A stretch of DNA of 64,000 nt from Azolla caroliniana. Taxonomy: Eukaryota > Plantae > Polypodiophyta. Position 1 is the first letter of the stretch. Each line of letters opens with the position of its first letter. Both the position numbers and the translations under genes were made by a program. The stretch lies in assembly GCA_043228905.1 (NCBI GenBank), contig JBHGNT010000018.1, positions 15,624,001 through 15,688,000 of the forward strand, read 5' to 3'. Shown in pieces: positions 1 to 13,237 of the stretch. Below the pieces are notes generated by a model. The model did not search any database and was not told where the DNA came from. It was given only the letters and a program-made list of their open reading frames with translations.

Positions 1-64
1 TGAATGAATGAGGAGGCAGGGGAGGGGGGGGGGTCCCTACCAATGACTTGTGAATAATGATGAT

Positions 65-205
65 GAAGAAGAAGAAGAAGAAGAAGAAGAAGAAGAAGAC
101 GACGACAGCTCTCTCATCTCCCCATTTCCTGGGTATTTCCCTCTCTGTATTCACTGTTCCTGAGCAAGAAGAAGGAGAAGGAGAAGGAAGAAGAAGAAGA
201 AGAAG
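65..205 (+). repeat. (GAA)n microsatellites in the probable 5'UTR exon of the MFS gene
   Basis: GAA runs at ~65-98 and ~187-205. A CAG|GTACTG donor at 240 and a TGATCAG acceptor at 1155 suggest a 5'UTR intron 240-1155 (inference). Confidence 0.75.
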
Positions 206-1168
206 ATCTGATCCTCATCCTGAATCAGATTTCTTACAGGTACTGCTTGTTTTCCTTTTCCTTGTGTCTCCTTCCTCTCTCAACTTTTTGCTCTGTTTCC
301 CCTCTTCTTTTCTATTTGCATACAACTAACTGATGATATCTCTTATATCTCTCTTCTTGGGTTAACTCTTGTGTCTTGCATTTCTCATATTCTTGAGAAT
401 TAGGGGTTTTCCCTTCTCGTGTTCATGTTTATTTTCATTTTCTTTACAAAAACATGGTGTCTTTACATCTCTGTTTTGTCTTCTTTGTATTGGAAGTGTG
501 CCGTCAGAATGGAAAATTCATACCGTTTTCATTGTCGCTTCTGTTTTATCCTTTTTTCGACATAAACATGATCCTTTGCCCTCCTCGGGTAAGATGGTAA
601 TAATGTATCGCGGCATATACTGTGTGCAATACCACATTGTGAAGTTAGATCCTTTTATACCCAGTCCATTATGGCACTGATAGTATGTATAGTAGACCCA
701 ATTCAGATTTTTGAAGTAAGATTGTAGACATAATGTCTAGTTTCTGGCATCCAGGCTATGGAAATTATTACGGCTAGTTCTTTAGGCTTTTGTTTTGAAG
801 TATATGACCATGAATCAGAGGAAACTGTATGGGTTGGGCTAGGTTATGTACAAGTTATGTCTAGTTTTTAGAGGTTTTTGGACCATGGACATGAACCAGC
901 GGCGATTCTCTTGAGGAAAATATGTAGTTGTGAAGAAAGAAAAAACTACTTTCCTGTATCATCTGCGACTTAGGGAATGGTGACCGTAAAGGATGTATTA
1001 TTGATTTTCTGGAATCTTGCTTGGTGTTTGTGTCTTTGTATGCTGCTTGGTTCTCAAGCCACCATACACTATGGTGGTGCGATGGAACAATATGTAATTA
1101 GAACTTTTACTTTTTAAAAATTTCTGAATCACCTTGGTTTTCAATGTCTGATCAGAAAGATAGCCGAA

Positions 1169-2807
1169 ATGCCTCATAGACACACTCGTGTATCAACACA
1201 AAGCAAGCCTCCACCTTCGAGGTGGATGGTTTTGGTCGCTTCAATCTGGATCCAAGCATTCTCAGCAAATCCATACAACTTCTACTCGCCCACTTTGAAG
1301 ACAGTGTTAAGCATTAATCAGTTCAAGCTGAATTTGCTTGCATTCACGAAAGACTTTGGTGAGCATGCTGGTATTCTTGCTGGAATCTTATGCAACAAAT
1401 TGCCTCCGTGGGCATTGCTTTCCATTGGTGCATTGTGTGCATTTGTAGGGTATGGTTCGATTTGGCTTGTAGCTGGCCAACAAATCAGCTTTTTGCCTTA
1501 TCTCATGGTAAGAACAAGTTATGGGCAAAGCACCAAAACACTTTTAACTTTCAATTGTCACAAAAAAGTCCCGAATACCCCTATGTAGTAGAAAAATCTT
1601 GCATTCTCCTAACTGTTGAAAATTTAGGAGTATTCTGATAAATAACCAGTAAACTGTAGGGGTATTCCTTGTAAATTGGCTAACAATTCTTAAGTATTTT
1701 CGCATTTTTCACAATATATGTGTAATAGCCTCTGTTTCATTGTGTAATCAAGAAGCAGCTCCCATGTGTTGCTGTTTTAAATAAAAATGTGATTTGCTTT
1801 GCTTATCAGAGTACTCTGAGAGACTATCCCACTTGTTTGCTGACCTCGGCAGATGCTCATAGCGATCTGTATTGGTCCCAACAGTGCGACGTGGTTCAAT
1901 ACGGTAGCACTCGTGACATGCATGAGGAACTTTCCTCACAATAGAGGATTGATAGCTGGTTTTCTTAAAGGTTTTGTGGGTCTAAGCTCTTCCATTTACA
2001 CTCTCATATTCACTTCGTATCTCTCCAAGGACCCACTGAAACTACTTTTGTTCTTGGCAATTGGCCCTGCTGTTGTTTCCTTGATATTGATGAGCTTTGT
2101 CAGGCCGATCAAATCAGATGAGATGAGAGACGAAGAAGAAGAGCAATCCAACTTCATTTTCGTGTACATATTGTGTATTCTATTAGCAGTTTACCTTCTC
2201 ATTGCAACCGTTGTGGAGGAGCAGGTATCTTTCCCGACCCAATTAGTGCCAAATGTGATAGCGGGGGTGATGCTTTTGTTCCTTATAGTTCCAGCCTTTG
2301 TTCCCTTCCGTTATTATATCGAATGGTCTTTCTCTAGGCGAAGGGAATTAGCACATGCACAGAATGATTCTGCAAAGCATCTTCTGTTATCTCCTGGGAG
2401 TGTATCAAGGAGGAGACGAAGAGGAAGGGAAGGTCTTATAAGGCCCCGCCTTTCTGACATTGATGAAGGCGATGAAGAAGCGTTTTTCCTTGCTTTGGCA
2501 GAGGGTGCTGTGACAACAAAGAAAGGCCCCAGGAGAGGGGAGGATTTCAATCTAAGGCAAGCATTGGTTAAGGCAGATTTTTGGCTTCTCTTCCTTGCAT
2601 TCTTTTGTGGTGTTGGGCCTGGTATTGTTACAAATGACAATCTTGCACAGATCTGTGAGGCCTATGGCACAACAGATGTCACAACATGTGTTGCTCTCCT
2701 TGGCATTTTCAATTTTCTTGGTCGTCTCGGAGGAGGTTTTGTATCAGAATACTATGTCAGGTGAGCCTTTTTCTTCATTCTTTACATGTTTTATTATGTG
2801 CATGTGT

Positions 2808-2846
<39 letters not shown>

Positions 2847-3550
2847 AACTTAGAGAGACCAATGTAGCTTAGTTAGTATGGTTATCTGATGGAGACCAGA
2901 AGGATCTTCAACCCCTCCATTGCCCATTAGTGAAACGAAAAGAAAACGAGAGAAGTATATAGCCAGGGAGAGATGCCTCACAAGTGCAAGTTTTGAAGGT
3001 TTTTCGGTGGTTCTATTGCAGAATGAACACTATCCCTCGACCAGTTTGGATGGCTATTGGTCAAGCCCTCAATATAGTTGCAAATCTCCTCTTTGCGTTC
3101 GGAAGACAGAGCTTCCTTATGCCCGCATCAGCAATCATGGGATTTTGTTTCGGAGTACAGGTTTCGGTTATGATCCCAACTGCATCTGAATTGTTTGGAT
3201 TGAAACATTTTGGTGTGATCTACAACTTCATCAATATGAGCATTCCATTGTCGTCATTATTATTCTCAGCTCTACTTGCTGGTCATTTATATGACTCGGA
3301 AGCTGGACCAGGTAATCATGTATGCTATGGTATGCAGTGTTTTCAGCTCACCTTTGTTACATTGGTTGTTGTGTGCGTACTTGGATTGCTGGTTAGCCTC
3401 ATTTTAAGTTATCGAATCTGGCCTGTATATAAGACTCTTTATCCAAGTGCAATGCATGATGTTATTGTTCCACAGAGTGATGTCCCATCGTCTGCCCTTC
3501 TTCCAAAAGATGTAATTTCATCAAGCCTTGAAGACTTGCAAACCTCTTAA
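1169..3550 (+). CDS. Nodulin-like / NFD4-like major facilitator superfamily membrane protein, 3 coding exons (1169-1507, 1853-2760, 3022-3550), 591 aa
   Basis: Family motifs RWMVLVASIWIQ, WFNTVALVTCMRNFP.NRG..AGFLKGFVGLS, GPRRGEDFNL.QALVKADFWLLF and ASELFGLKHFG. GT-AG introns 1508-1852 and 2761-3021 join the three ORF segments in frame (339+908+529=1776 nt). Confidence 0.93.
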
Positions 3551-4358
3551 GCAGTCACTACAATCACGCGTATACAACATAGAAATACACACACATTTGT
3601 GTGCATTAATGGAGCAAGAAAGATAACTGTTAGCCAGCTAATCTAAGATGCCACTGTAAGGGGCCACATTTTTGGCAAATAAGTAAAGTATCCATTATTG
3701 CCTAGCTGCAAATCGAAGCAAGAATTGCTGTAACATTGATATTTTTTGTACTGTGTATAGATTTGTTTCTCCTTGATGAGGAAATCGAAGGTTTGATTAA
3801 GTAACTAACTTGGGTTTAGATTTAAATCTCAGCCTCAAGAATCTCACTGCAGTAATAAATTTCATGAAACAATTGATCTTTGAATCTGCGGGAATTCTCT
3901 ATTGTTTATTCAAAGAAGTACTGATTTACTGCACTTCTGATCAGCTAATCATTAATTTATGATATTTTTATTCTGCTTTTGTATCTCCTGGTTCAGCATG
4001 GGAAAGGATTGGGTGCACTGTGCATATTAAGGGATATTGGTACTAGTTTTGTTATGAGATAAACACCATTGTGCTCCAACAACACTCTTATAGGAAATAG
4101 CATGAATCATTGCTCTGGGCAAGGCAGTGCTAGAACAAACTTGCGAAAAAAAAGAATGGAATGTGCAATATGAAAACATTAGTACAAAGAGAATTTACAT
4201 TTAACTCAATTGCAATAACAAAAACTCATATAAAGTCATGTAACTTTATAATAGGGAATTTTGATAATTCAGTCTTACAGCAATGAAATGTATTTACAAA
4301 GAAATAATCAAAGAAAATTGCACATGCTTACATTCTTTTTATCCATGGCTTACTTGCA

Positions 4359-7215
4359 CTAAGATATGTTACCATCGACAACTTTCTCCTGGACTAAGGA
4401 ACTCATTTCCAACACTCTACCTTCCTCTGTGGCATGTTCTTTAACATTGATGGCTGTATCATAGGAAGCATGCAAGCCAAAAAGGAAGTAATACACGAGC
4501 ATTATTAGTGTCCACACAGCAAACCTTATGAATGATAACTTGTCTATCGAACCCAGCAAGAAAATATTCATGATAATCGAAAGGGATGGAAGCCAAGGTA
4601 CGAGAGGGCAACCCCAAACTTGTGGTTTCCTCGCTGTTGGGACAAATACTGACAACCCTAAAGTAGCAAGAAACCATATCGGTAATGTGATAGCATAACC
4701 AATCCATCCATCGCTCACGGCCCAATAGTAGGCAGTTCCAGCTGACGAAAGCATGATAATAATCAGAAACAATTGGAACTTCCGGAGATTAAAAGCCGTG
4801 GTAACAGTAGAAACATAGTACCGCCGCACGAGGAGGGCTACGGCCACCAACATGAATATGAAGAGTGTGCTAATGGACAGCAAATTCGCCAGAATGTCAA
4901 GATCGCTAAAGAAGCCAACTACGGCACTGGCCAAGATCATGACTGTCGTAGCTCGTATGGGGGTGCCGGTCTTTTCGCTCACGTGGGCAAACCACGGGCT
5001 TATCATATGGGTTCGTGAAATGTGCGTGAGATACCGCGCTTGACCCACGGCACTAACTAGTAGGACGGTTGTCATGCCTTTTAGCGCGCCCAAGGCAACC
5101 ACATACCGAGCCCAATCCCATCCTGCACGTGATGCAAACGCTAGTGTGAACGGTGCATCAGGGTCGATATCAGTATACTTTTGCATCATGGATAATGTCA
5201 AGGCCATAAGCCCATAAAGCACTGTTGTGATGACCATGGAGCCCAACAGCCCAATCGGAATGTCTCTCCCTGGATTCTTCGTTTCTTCGGCCATCGTAGC
5301 AACTGCATCGAATCCGATATACGCGAAAAAGAGTACCGATGCTGCCTTGAAGACGCCTCTCACACCAAACGGTAAGAATGGGGTCAAATTCGAAGGTTCA
5401 GCTTTCGATAAGCCCGCGATTATGACGAATAGAATGATGAACATATTGGCTAGAGAGGCTGTCCAGTTGAGGAGGGAGCTAGCTTTCGTGCTCCATATTG
5501 CAATGATGCCGGTTATGATGAGAATCGCGACTGCGATCGGATCGAGTTCGTTGAAATTCTCTGCTAGACTGGTCTTGATCCGAAAATCATCGGGCAAATG
5601 GTTACATAGAGTAGCAAAATAGGAGCTCCATGACCTCGCTACGGCCGCCCCACCGATCACATACTCTAATATGATGTTTCCGGCCGCGATGAATGCGATG
5701 AAGTCTCCTAGCTCCACTCGAAGATAGGCGAAAGAGCCACCTTCAAAATAAAAACAAAAACAGATTGATGAGCAGTAAGGTGAAAGAACAGTCATCTTCT
5801 TCATTTTGGAAATGATATGGGAGGAAAAGGAGATAGAAAAAGTTTATTGACTCTTGCATCAGGAAATATCCAGTCAATCATCATGGAAACTGGACCCAAA
5901 ATGTCTACCATGTCCAGAAACTCAATGGAAAGTAGTAAAGCAGAAGAGGTGTAAAAGTCATCTGATAACAACACCATTGAAACTAGGAAACAGAAGGGAC
6001 ATACATACTGATACATACATCATTGAAACTAGCAAAAATCCTAAAGAGGCGGAAACAAAAGTCCTCTGCAGGTGGCCCCATGGAACTAAATCCATCCATC
6101 AAATCCTCATTGACTATGCTTGGAAACCCTAAAACCATCACTGAAAGAAAACTAAGGAAAATATGAAAGTGTCATTGAATACCTAACATCAGAGAGAGAG
6201 AGAGAAGCCCCAAAACGCAACCTGCATGCATGATGTCTATGTAACTGGTAACGCTACCATTGAAATTCAGAAGAAAATCGATGAAAAATTCCCCATAACG
6301 CACCCAATGTTAACTCTGTAACCCTAAAACCCATAACTGAATTTAGAAAAGTAGAGCCGAAACAGCAAAACCCTAAAACCCATAACTGAAGTTGGAAATG
6401 CGCCCCATGCAAAACCCTAACAGCAATGTTGAAACTTGGGAACGCAATAGATAAAAGCTTTGCATCCCATTAGATCAATGCCCAGAAAACCCTAAAATCA
6501 ATGTCATTAAAAACTAGTAGGAAAAGAGATTCAAAAGTTCCTTAAATGTGAGCTGCAAGCAACTATTTGCATCCCATGCCAAACCCTAAAAAGCAATGTT
6601 GAAACTTGCGAAAGCAATAGATGGAAGCTTTGCATCCCATTAGATCAATTCCCAGAAAAAAACCCTAAAAAACAATGTCAGTAAAAACCAGTAGGAAAAG
6701 AGATTCAAAAGTCCCCAAATGCGAGAAATCCTAAGACCATCATCGAATCAATCAAGGGGGCAGAACAAAAGAAGAAGAAGAAGAAGAAGCAAGCCCTTAC
6801 CGGCAACAGGAATCTCAATGGCAAACTCGGTGTAGCAGAATACGGAGAGCATGGCGGAGATTCCGGCAGCGGTATACGAGAGGATGACAGCTGGACCGAC
6901 CGTACCGTGCGCCTCCTGGCCGGTAAGGACAAAGATTCCCGCCCCCACGATCGCACCAATACCAAACCACATGAGGTCCCACCAATTGAGGGTCTTCTTC
7001 ATGCTGTTGGAGCTCCTCTTCACCATGGCCTCTGTTTCCTGGGCGTCAGAGGATCTGGAGAGGAGGCGGTTCCAGAAGCGGGTGTGCGTGGAGCCAACAG
7101 CTTGGCGGTACGCTCCCCATGACTCGAATGATGGCTCCGGTAGGAATGCCGCCTTGAATCGGTTGCGCAGACCACCACCACCACCACCACCGATCCCCAC
7201 CACAGTCTCCTCCAT
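4359..7215 (-). CDS. CAT1: Cationic amino acid transporter (APC family, CAT1/CAT5/CAT8 clade), 2 exons (7215-6801, 5740-4359), 598 aa
   Basis: Motifs MKKTLNWWDLMWFGIGAIVGAGIFVLTGQEA, EFAIEIPVAG^GSFAYLRVELG, GFDAVATMAEETKNPGRDIPIG and PLVPWLPSLSI. GT-AG intron 6800-5741 gives a 1797-nt frame. Exact orthologue within the clade is uncertain. Confidence 0.93.
6404..6725. repeat. ~150-bp direct duplication inside the CAT intron
   Basis: 6404-6552 and 6573-6725 share CCCATGC.AAACCCTAA..AGCAATGTTGAAACTTG..AAGCTTTGCATCCCATTAGATCAAT..AGTAGGAAAAGAGATTCAAAAGT. Confidence 0.85.
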
Positions 7216-7244
7216 ATATATATATATGTATATGTATATAATTC

Positions 7245-7808
7245 GATCAAGGGAAACCTAAAAACCCTAACAAGAAAACAGAGGGTTTAACCACAAAATG
7301 GTAATGTGATCAAGGAAAAACCTAATAAAGTAACAAGAAACAGAAGGTTTAACCACAAAATGGTAATTTGATCGAGGAAAAACCTAATAATCTAACAAGA
7401 AACACAGGGAAAACCCACCACAAAATGGCAATTTGATCAAGGAAAGCCTAAAAAATCCTAACAAGAAACAGAGGGAAAACCCACCTCAAAATGGCAAGTT
7501 GATCAAGCAAAGCCTAAAAACCCTAACAAGGAACAGAGGGAAAACCCACCTCAAAATGGCAATTTGATCAAGCAAAGCCTAAAAACCCTAACAAGGAACA
7601 GAGGGAAAACCCACCTCAAAATGGCAATTTGATCAAGCAAAGCCTAAAAACCCTAACAAGGAACAGAGGGAAAACCCACCTCAAAATGGCAATTTGATCA
7701 AGCAAAGCCTAAAAACCCTAACAAGGAACAGAGGGAAAACTCACCACAAAATGGTAATTTGATGAAGGGAAACCTGAAAACCCTAACAAGAAACAGAAGG
7801 AAAACCCA
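7245..7808. repeat. 65-bp minisatellite, ~9 copies, immediately upstream of the CAT start codon
   Basis: Unit GATCAAGCAAAGCCTAAAAACCCTAACAAGGAACAGAGGGAAAACCCACCTCAAAATGGCAATTT. Unit starts at 7245, 7308, 7370, 7435, 7501, 7566, 7631, 7696, 7761. Confidence 0.95.
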
Positions 7809-8212
7809 TGTAGGGGGGGGGGGGGGAGGGGTAGATGGAAATATTATAACTCAATTAATTTGTTTTCCTTATAAATGCAATTAGGTTCAATGGTTTGGGA
7901 CAAGCAGGAAAAGCACACAGTGAAGGAAGGAAGGAAGGGTCACTGGGGAGATACATACATGGAAAGCTTCTTTTCAGTTATATAGCAAAGGATAGCAGAG
8001 CAGAGAGTTTCTTTGGGGGGTGGTCACTGGTGGTGGTGGGTCATCTTTCACTCTCTTCATGCCTTTCTGGTTTACTAAATTTGGAGGAGTCTGCATTTTT
8101 CTTTTGACCATATATACATATGGTTGGTTCTCACATACACACACACACACACATACATGGAACCTAACTACTTTGCCCATTCTAATTCTACAATTGCCTT
8201 CCCTACCCATCT

Positions 8213-8473
8213 ATGATGTATGTAACTTGTAAGTATATATGTATGTATAATGTATGTATGTATGTATGTATGTATCTAACTCTGTGTGTGACCATCTACC
8301 TATGTATGTATGTATGTATGTATGTATGTATGTATGTATCTAACTCTGTGTGTGACCATCTACCTATGTATGCATGCATGTATGTATGCATGCATGCATG
8401 CATGTATGTATATGTATGTATGTATCTAACTATGTGTGTACAATGTGACCATCTATCTATCTATCCATGTATG

Positions 8474-8504
<31 letters not shown>

Positions 8505-8690
8505 TGTATGCATGTATCTATCCATGTATGTAATGTATGTATGTAATGTATGTATGTATGTAATCTATCCATGTATCTATGTGTGTGTGTGTCCATCTAT
8601 CTATATATCCATGTATGTGTCTATCCATCTACATATCCATATGTCTATGTTGTATCTATCTATGTATCTATATATGTATGTATCTATCTC
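8213..8690. repeat. Compound (TATG)n/(TATC)n microsatellite with higher-order ~60-bp units
   Basis: Long TATG runs punctuated by repeated CTAACTCTGTGTGTGACCATCTACC. Confidence 0.95.
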
Positions 8691-11600
8691 TACAAAGGGA
8701 ACCGCTCCTGGTTTCTACCAAGTCGATTGCCCAATCCATCTACCCCTTTCGTATGGACATTGTCTTCTTCCTACAATTCCCCCATCATCCTAACAAACAT
8801 GCCATGTTTCCTACGACCCCGCCATCTGGTATGTTTGTTGATGAATTTGCTATGCCGTCGTCTGTCCTCGAGATTATCGCTCTATTCGTTGTGTCTCAAC
8901 TACATTGTCTCATGTTCTTCTAGTAGAAAATCATTGTGTTCCTACGACACTATCACCTACCTATTCAAAGAGAATTGTACTACGATAACACTTGAACATT
9001 AATATTTCTCTCTCTCTCTCTCTCCTTGAAGTGTGTACCGCTGCTGGTGAATGAAAATCTACCTTTTACATTGCCCTTCTCATTGAGCAACTCTCACAAC
9101 CCCAGAATCTTGATTCAATACAACTTGTGTTTTGAATCTCGAGAAAGAGAACAATGTTTTTCCATATAATTTGGCGCAATGCATTCTTAAAGCTACATAC
9201 CTATGACTCATGCATTGCACAAGGTCTTTTGTCAATAAACTTTGCGTCTTTGAGGATAAGGGTGACGTGTAAGACGATGACTTTTTTTAACATGCTTGAG
9301 ATTTTGTGAAGGAATGAAGTTCCCACATGCCAGTGACATACATTTTCCTTGTCTTTGACTCATATCACTCTTTTGGAATTCAACGGTGTTAATGAATTTA
9401 AGAATAAAAGGAATAAAGCAATACTATACACTAATCAAATATATTGTGGCGTTTGAGTGTGGAACTATACCATTACGAAAAGATGGTGTAAACATGCTTA
9501 TATATTATCACATTCACACCGTTAGCATTAGTTGTGGAGTCGGAACATGATGTGTAATGCGGGGACACTATTATGTATGAAGGCTAGTCTTTCACAACGT
9601 GCTTTACCATGTAATGTTTTGTCATTACGTTAAAGAAGGCTTCAATGTTTGTTTTTGCTCTTTCGCGTGCTCGTGTTTTTGTCTCATTGACCTTGAAATC
9701 AATTTAGTATTAAATACATTCTTCGAATTCAAAAACTTCCAAAGTTTCTGGAAAATGCATTAAAAGAAGTCGTGCGGTTGTGTTTGAAGTTGCTGATAAA
9801 GGTCAAACTTGGAAATCTCGACGATCACACTAAGAAACCATAAAACATATAATAACAAGAAGTCTCTTGTTTATAGCAATGCTCGTGCATCACATGGGGA
9901 GACTTTGTTCTCGAGACTCAAGCGATGTATTAATTGATGACACGTATAAAGATAAGAGCACTTAACACATTTTCTCTCAAATTTAGAACACAAAATAGTA
10001 CATCTCCATTGCTAGATAGAATTATGACATCAAAACTAATAAAAACATTGAAGGACTTTTCTCTTGCATAACATGGCCAAACTCTCCTTCTGAAATAAGC
10101 AACCTATTAAAGGATAATCGTAAGAGAATTCAACACATTTCCACCCACTTTCAAAACGCAAAATAGAATTTTATTTTTTCAAAAAAGGAGTTGCTTTCCC
10201 CTTTAGTTAGGATAGTTTTTTCTTTACAGAAAAGGTTGCACAACTCACATCAAAATTACTGATCGTGCTGTCTGTTAAAGAGACTATTCACCTTGATTGC
10301 TAACTAGAATTATGGGTTCAAATTATTACAAACTCATTAAAAAAATCGAAGGACTTTGAAAGTAACCAAAGTCATTGCTTTTTTTTTATCAAGATTTCCA
10401 ACTTAGAGTAAAGAAGTTAAGGTCCATGGCACAAAAAATATATTTATGAGAGATTAAAGTATTATGGTATGTCCATGCAAGATGAGTGTAGTTCCTGTAC
10501 ATGTGTAGTCAATTTTCTTCTAGAAGGTATGTAGAAAAATCAATAAGCTAGCTAGTTGAATTGGTATAGGCCTTCAACATTTTTTAACCTTCAAAGAGAG
10601 AGATCTTTACAAACCTTCAAAAGTTTCAAGGAGTTATGTACTTAAATCCCATATAGAGGCAAGGGATACCACACTAATGGAAAAGGATGAAAACTTATGA
10701 CATTAAATAAATGTGCAAACGAAAACATGTATAAATACACTAATTTCATCGGCTATTAACTATTGTTTTTGAGTATTGCATTGTTTTGAGAGACTTTCTA
10801 TTTGTCACCTTAGTATAGAAACTTCATATTACAATGGTCACTATAATGGCATTGTTAGTTGTTCTCATAGTATTTAAAAGCAAGTTTTAGCATAACAACC
10901 CCAAATCCCCCCCCACGCAATTCATCTTGACTCCACAATTACTAATAATTGTTGAATAATAAGGACATATTAAGAGCACAAATGCACATGCAAGATACAA
11001 CAAATAAATTTTCTCCATCCAACTAAATCTCCCATTTTTAGGCCTAGTAGGTGGTATAAGTTATTCTCGTAGGAGTGAATATACTTAGACCTCGAGAAGT
11101 GCTTGTGCACCTTCAAGGAAGAATGTTAACCTTGCTATAGGGAAATACAAAGTTCAAAATGTCAAACAACAAGAAAAACCACATGTTTCGGCCACAAAGA
11201 CCTTGTCTTTTATACAATAATTAAACCGGGTCGATGTTTTGATCCAATGTTGATGGTATTTTATGAGCACATATACATTGGATTTGGATGTAAAATTGAA
11301 CTTGTATGTACTTTTAGAGATGTTTTATGCTTGGAGAAATATTTTACAATGCATAACTAGAAATATTCATTTGTGTTTTATGAAGGATCATTTCTAGTGG
11401 AGCATTGTTGTGTAGTGTTTGGCACTTGTGGTGAACAATGATGATATTGATGGTTTCACGTTGAGTTAAAAGGGGTGAATGGAAAGAGGAGATTTGTAGA
11501 AAACAAGGATAGCAACCATGAAGATGGACATCGTCTTTCTTTGGCTTGTGCTTGCCTTTTGTTCGGCTTCATTCAGCTGGGCCACCACCCTTATTTCTTT

Positions 11601-13088
11601 AATGACTCTTGTAGTTTATGCTAAGACAATGTGCGAGGGTGCATGGTTAGGTGCTCACAAGCTACCTACTTTTGTATTCAAATACGTGCTTAAGGTACCT
11701 CAAGACGAAAGTAGCTAGGTGAAAAGGAGTTTGTATAAATAAATAGAAAGGACTTCAAAGTAAACAACAAACCAATGATACATTAATTTGATTAGTTCTC
11801 TCAATATTTCATTTTAATAATAACCAAATGTGAAGTGACTCCGTTTAGGAGTAGCCAAAAAATAACATCTTTTGACTCGGTTAAACGATTAAAAGAAGGC
11901 ATTGAGGAAATTTGGTCGATGCTTATCTCAATTTTAAAAGGTCAATATGACTCATTCACTAGTAACGAAGATATCATTTTTCTATAACAACAATCCTTTA
12001 AAGGCAAGTGGAAAGATTTGTTCGTCTTTGTAGAGAGAAATCATCAAAACTTAAACTTAATTAAGAAGTGCATTGAACGGTCACCTTATTCTCAACATGT
12101 AGGATACTTCTTAATGCTTTTCCTACTTGTAGGAGCTTGCATTATATTAGTGTTTGCTTGGTTGTGACTCCTCCCTACTTGCAATTTGCCACACAACAAG
12201 ATGTAGCCAATTGCTTTTCTTTAGATAGTTTCCTTTCTTGTAACCTACTTTAAAGATTGTTTGATTGTTGTGAGTCCTAATGTGAAATTTATTCTTTCAA
12301 AGATTCCTCTCTTTGAAGGCTCTTCATAAATCGTGGAGAGTTTCTTTGGGATTGGTTCTTTCTCGCAAGTGAATGTTCCAATGGTTAATATCTTTTCTAT
12401 TAAATGTATGTCTAACAATATTTCTTCTTGTTCTTTTCCAACATAATCATAAACAATGCTACTATTGCTCAGAGAGAGAGAGAGAGAGCGGGGTGTGGAA
12501 GCGGAGCAGCAGAGTGGCGAGCCAATCCCTGGTGGAGGTCTGCAGTGTGAGCGTCTCACTAGGAGGCCCGACACAACGGAGCAGTGGCGCAGGAGGTTTG
12601 ACCCGCGCCAGTAGGCAGCGGAAACGGAGCCGGATCAAGAGCTGTTTTGAACTGCGAGAGTGCAAGGAGGAGGTCTGCAAATGTGGGGGTCCAGAAGCCT
12701 CCCACTGCTCATTTCGACATAGACGCCTCTCCTCCCCGCCGCTGCTGCATCGCCCTCCTCCAGTTTGAGGAGTTGATCATTTAGGGTTTCCCCTCCCCCA
12801 GTTCAAGGAGTGGGCACAACTCGAGGAGTGACCCCACCTCCCCACCCCCAGTTCGAAGAGTGGGACACACGTGACACACTCCCCCTAGCCCCTAGTTCGA
12901 GGCGTGAACCCCTCCCCCCCACCCACAGTTTGAGGAGTGGGACACACGTGACAGACTCCCCCCAGCCCCCAGTTGGAGGAGTGGGACACCTACTCCCCCC
13001 CTATCTTGAAAAGTGGGTCCCCCCCACCCCTAGTTCGACAAGTGAGAACCCACCAAACACAGTTCGAGTAGTTGGGCCCCCACTCTCG

Positions 13089-13119
<31 letters not shown>

Positions 13120-13237
13120 AAAAGAAAAAAAGAAAAAAAAAAGAGACGCAGTCCGACTCTGTCACTCATGGCACTTTCGAACATTGCCACTGTCGAACAC
13201 ATAGCACAAAACAGGCCCCTCGAGCGATAACGGAAAA

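Noticed and set aside
57-329. Poly-K/poly-R 90-aa ORF
   Set aside because: Translation of (GAA)n microsatellites that runs through a splice donor at 240.
7245-7808. Regular repeat array resembling CRISPR
   Set aside because: Head-to-tail units with no unique spacers, eukaryotic context, no cas genes.
8213-9002. MYVC-repeat ORFs
   Set aside because: Artefacts of (TATG)n repeats.
9000-12450. Possible gene in AT-rich intergenic DNA
   Set aside because: Only short ORFs with no recognisable motif or exon chain; probably old TE debris.
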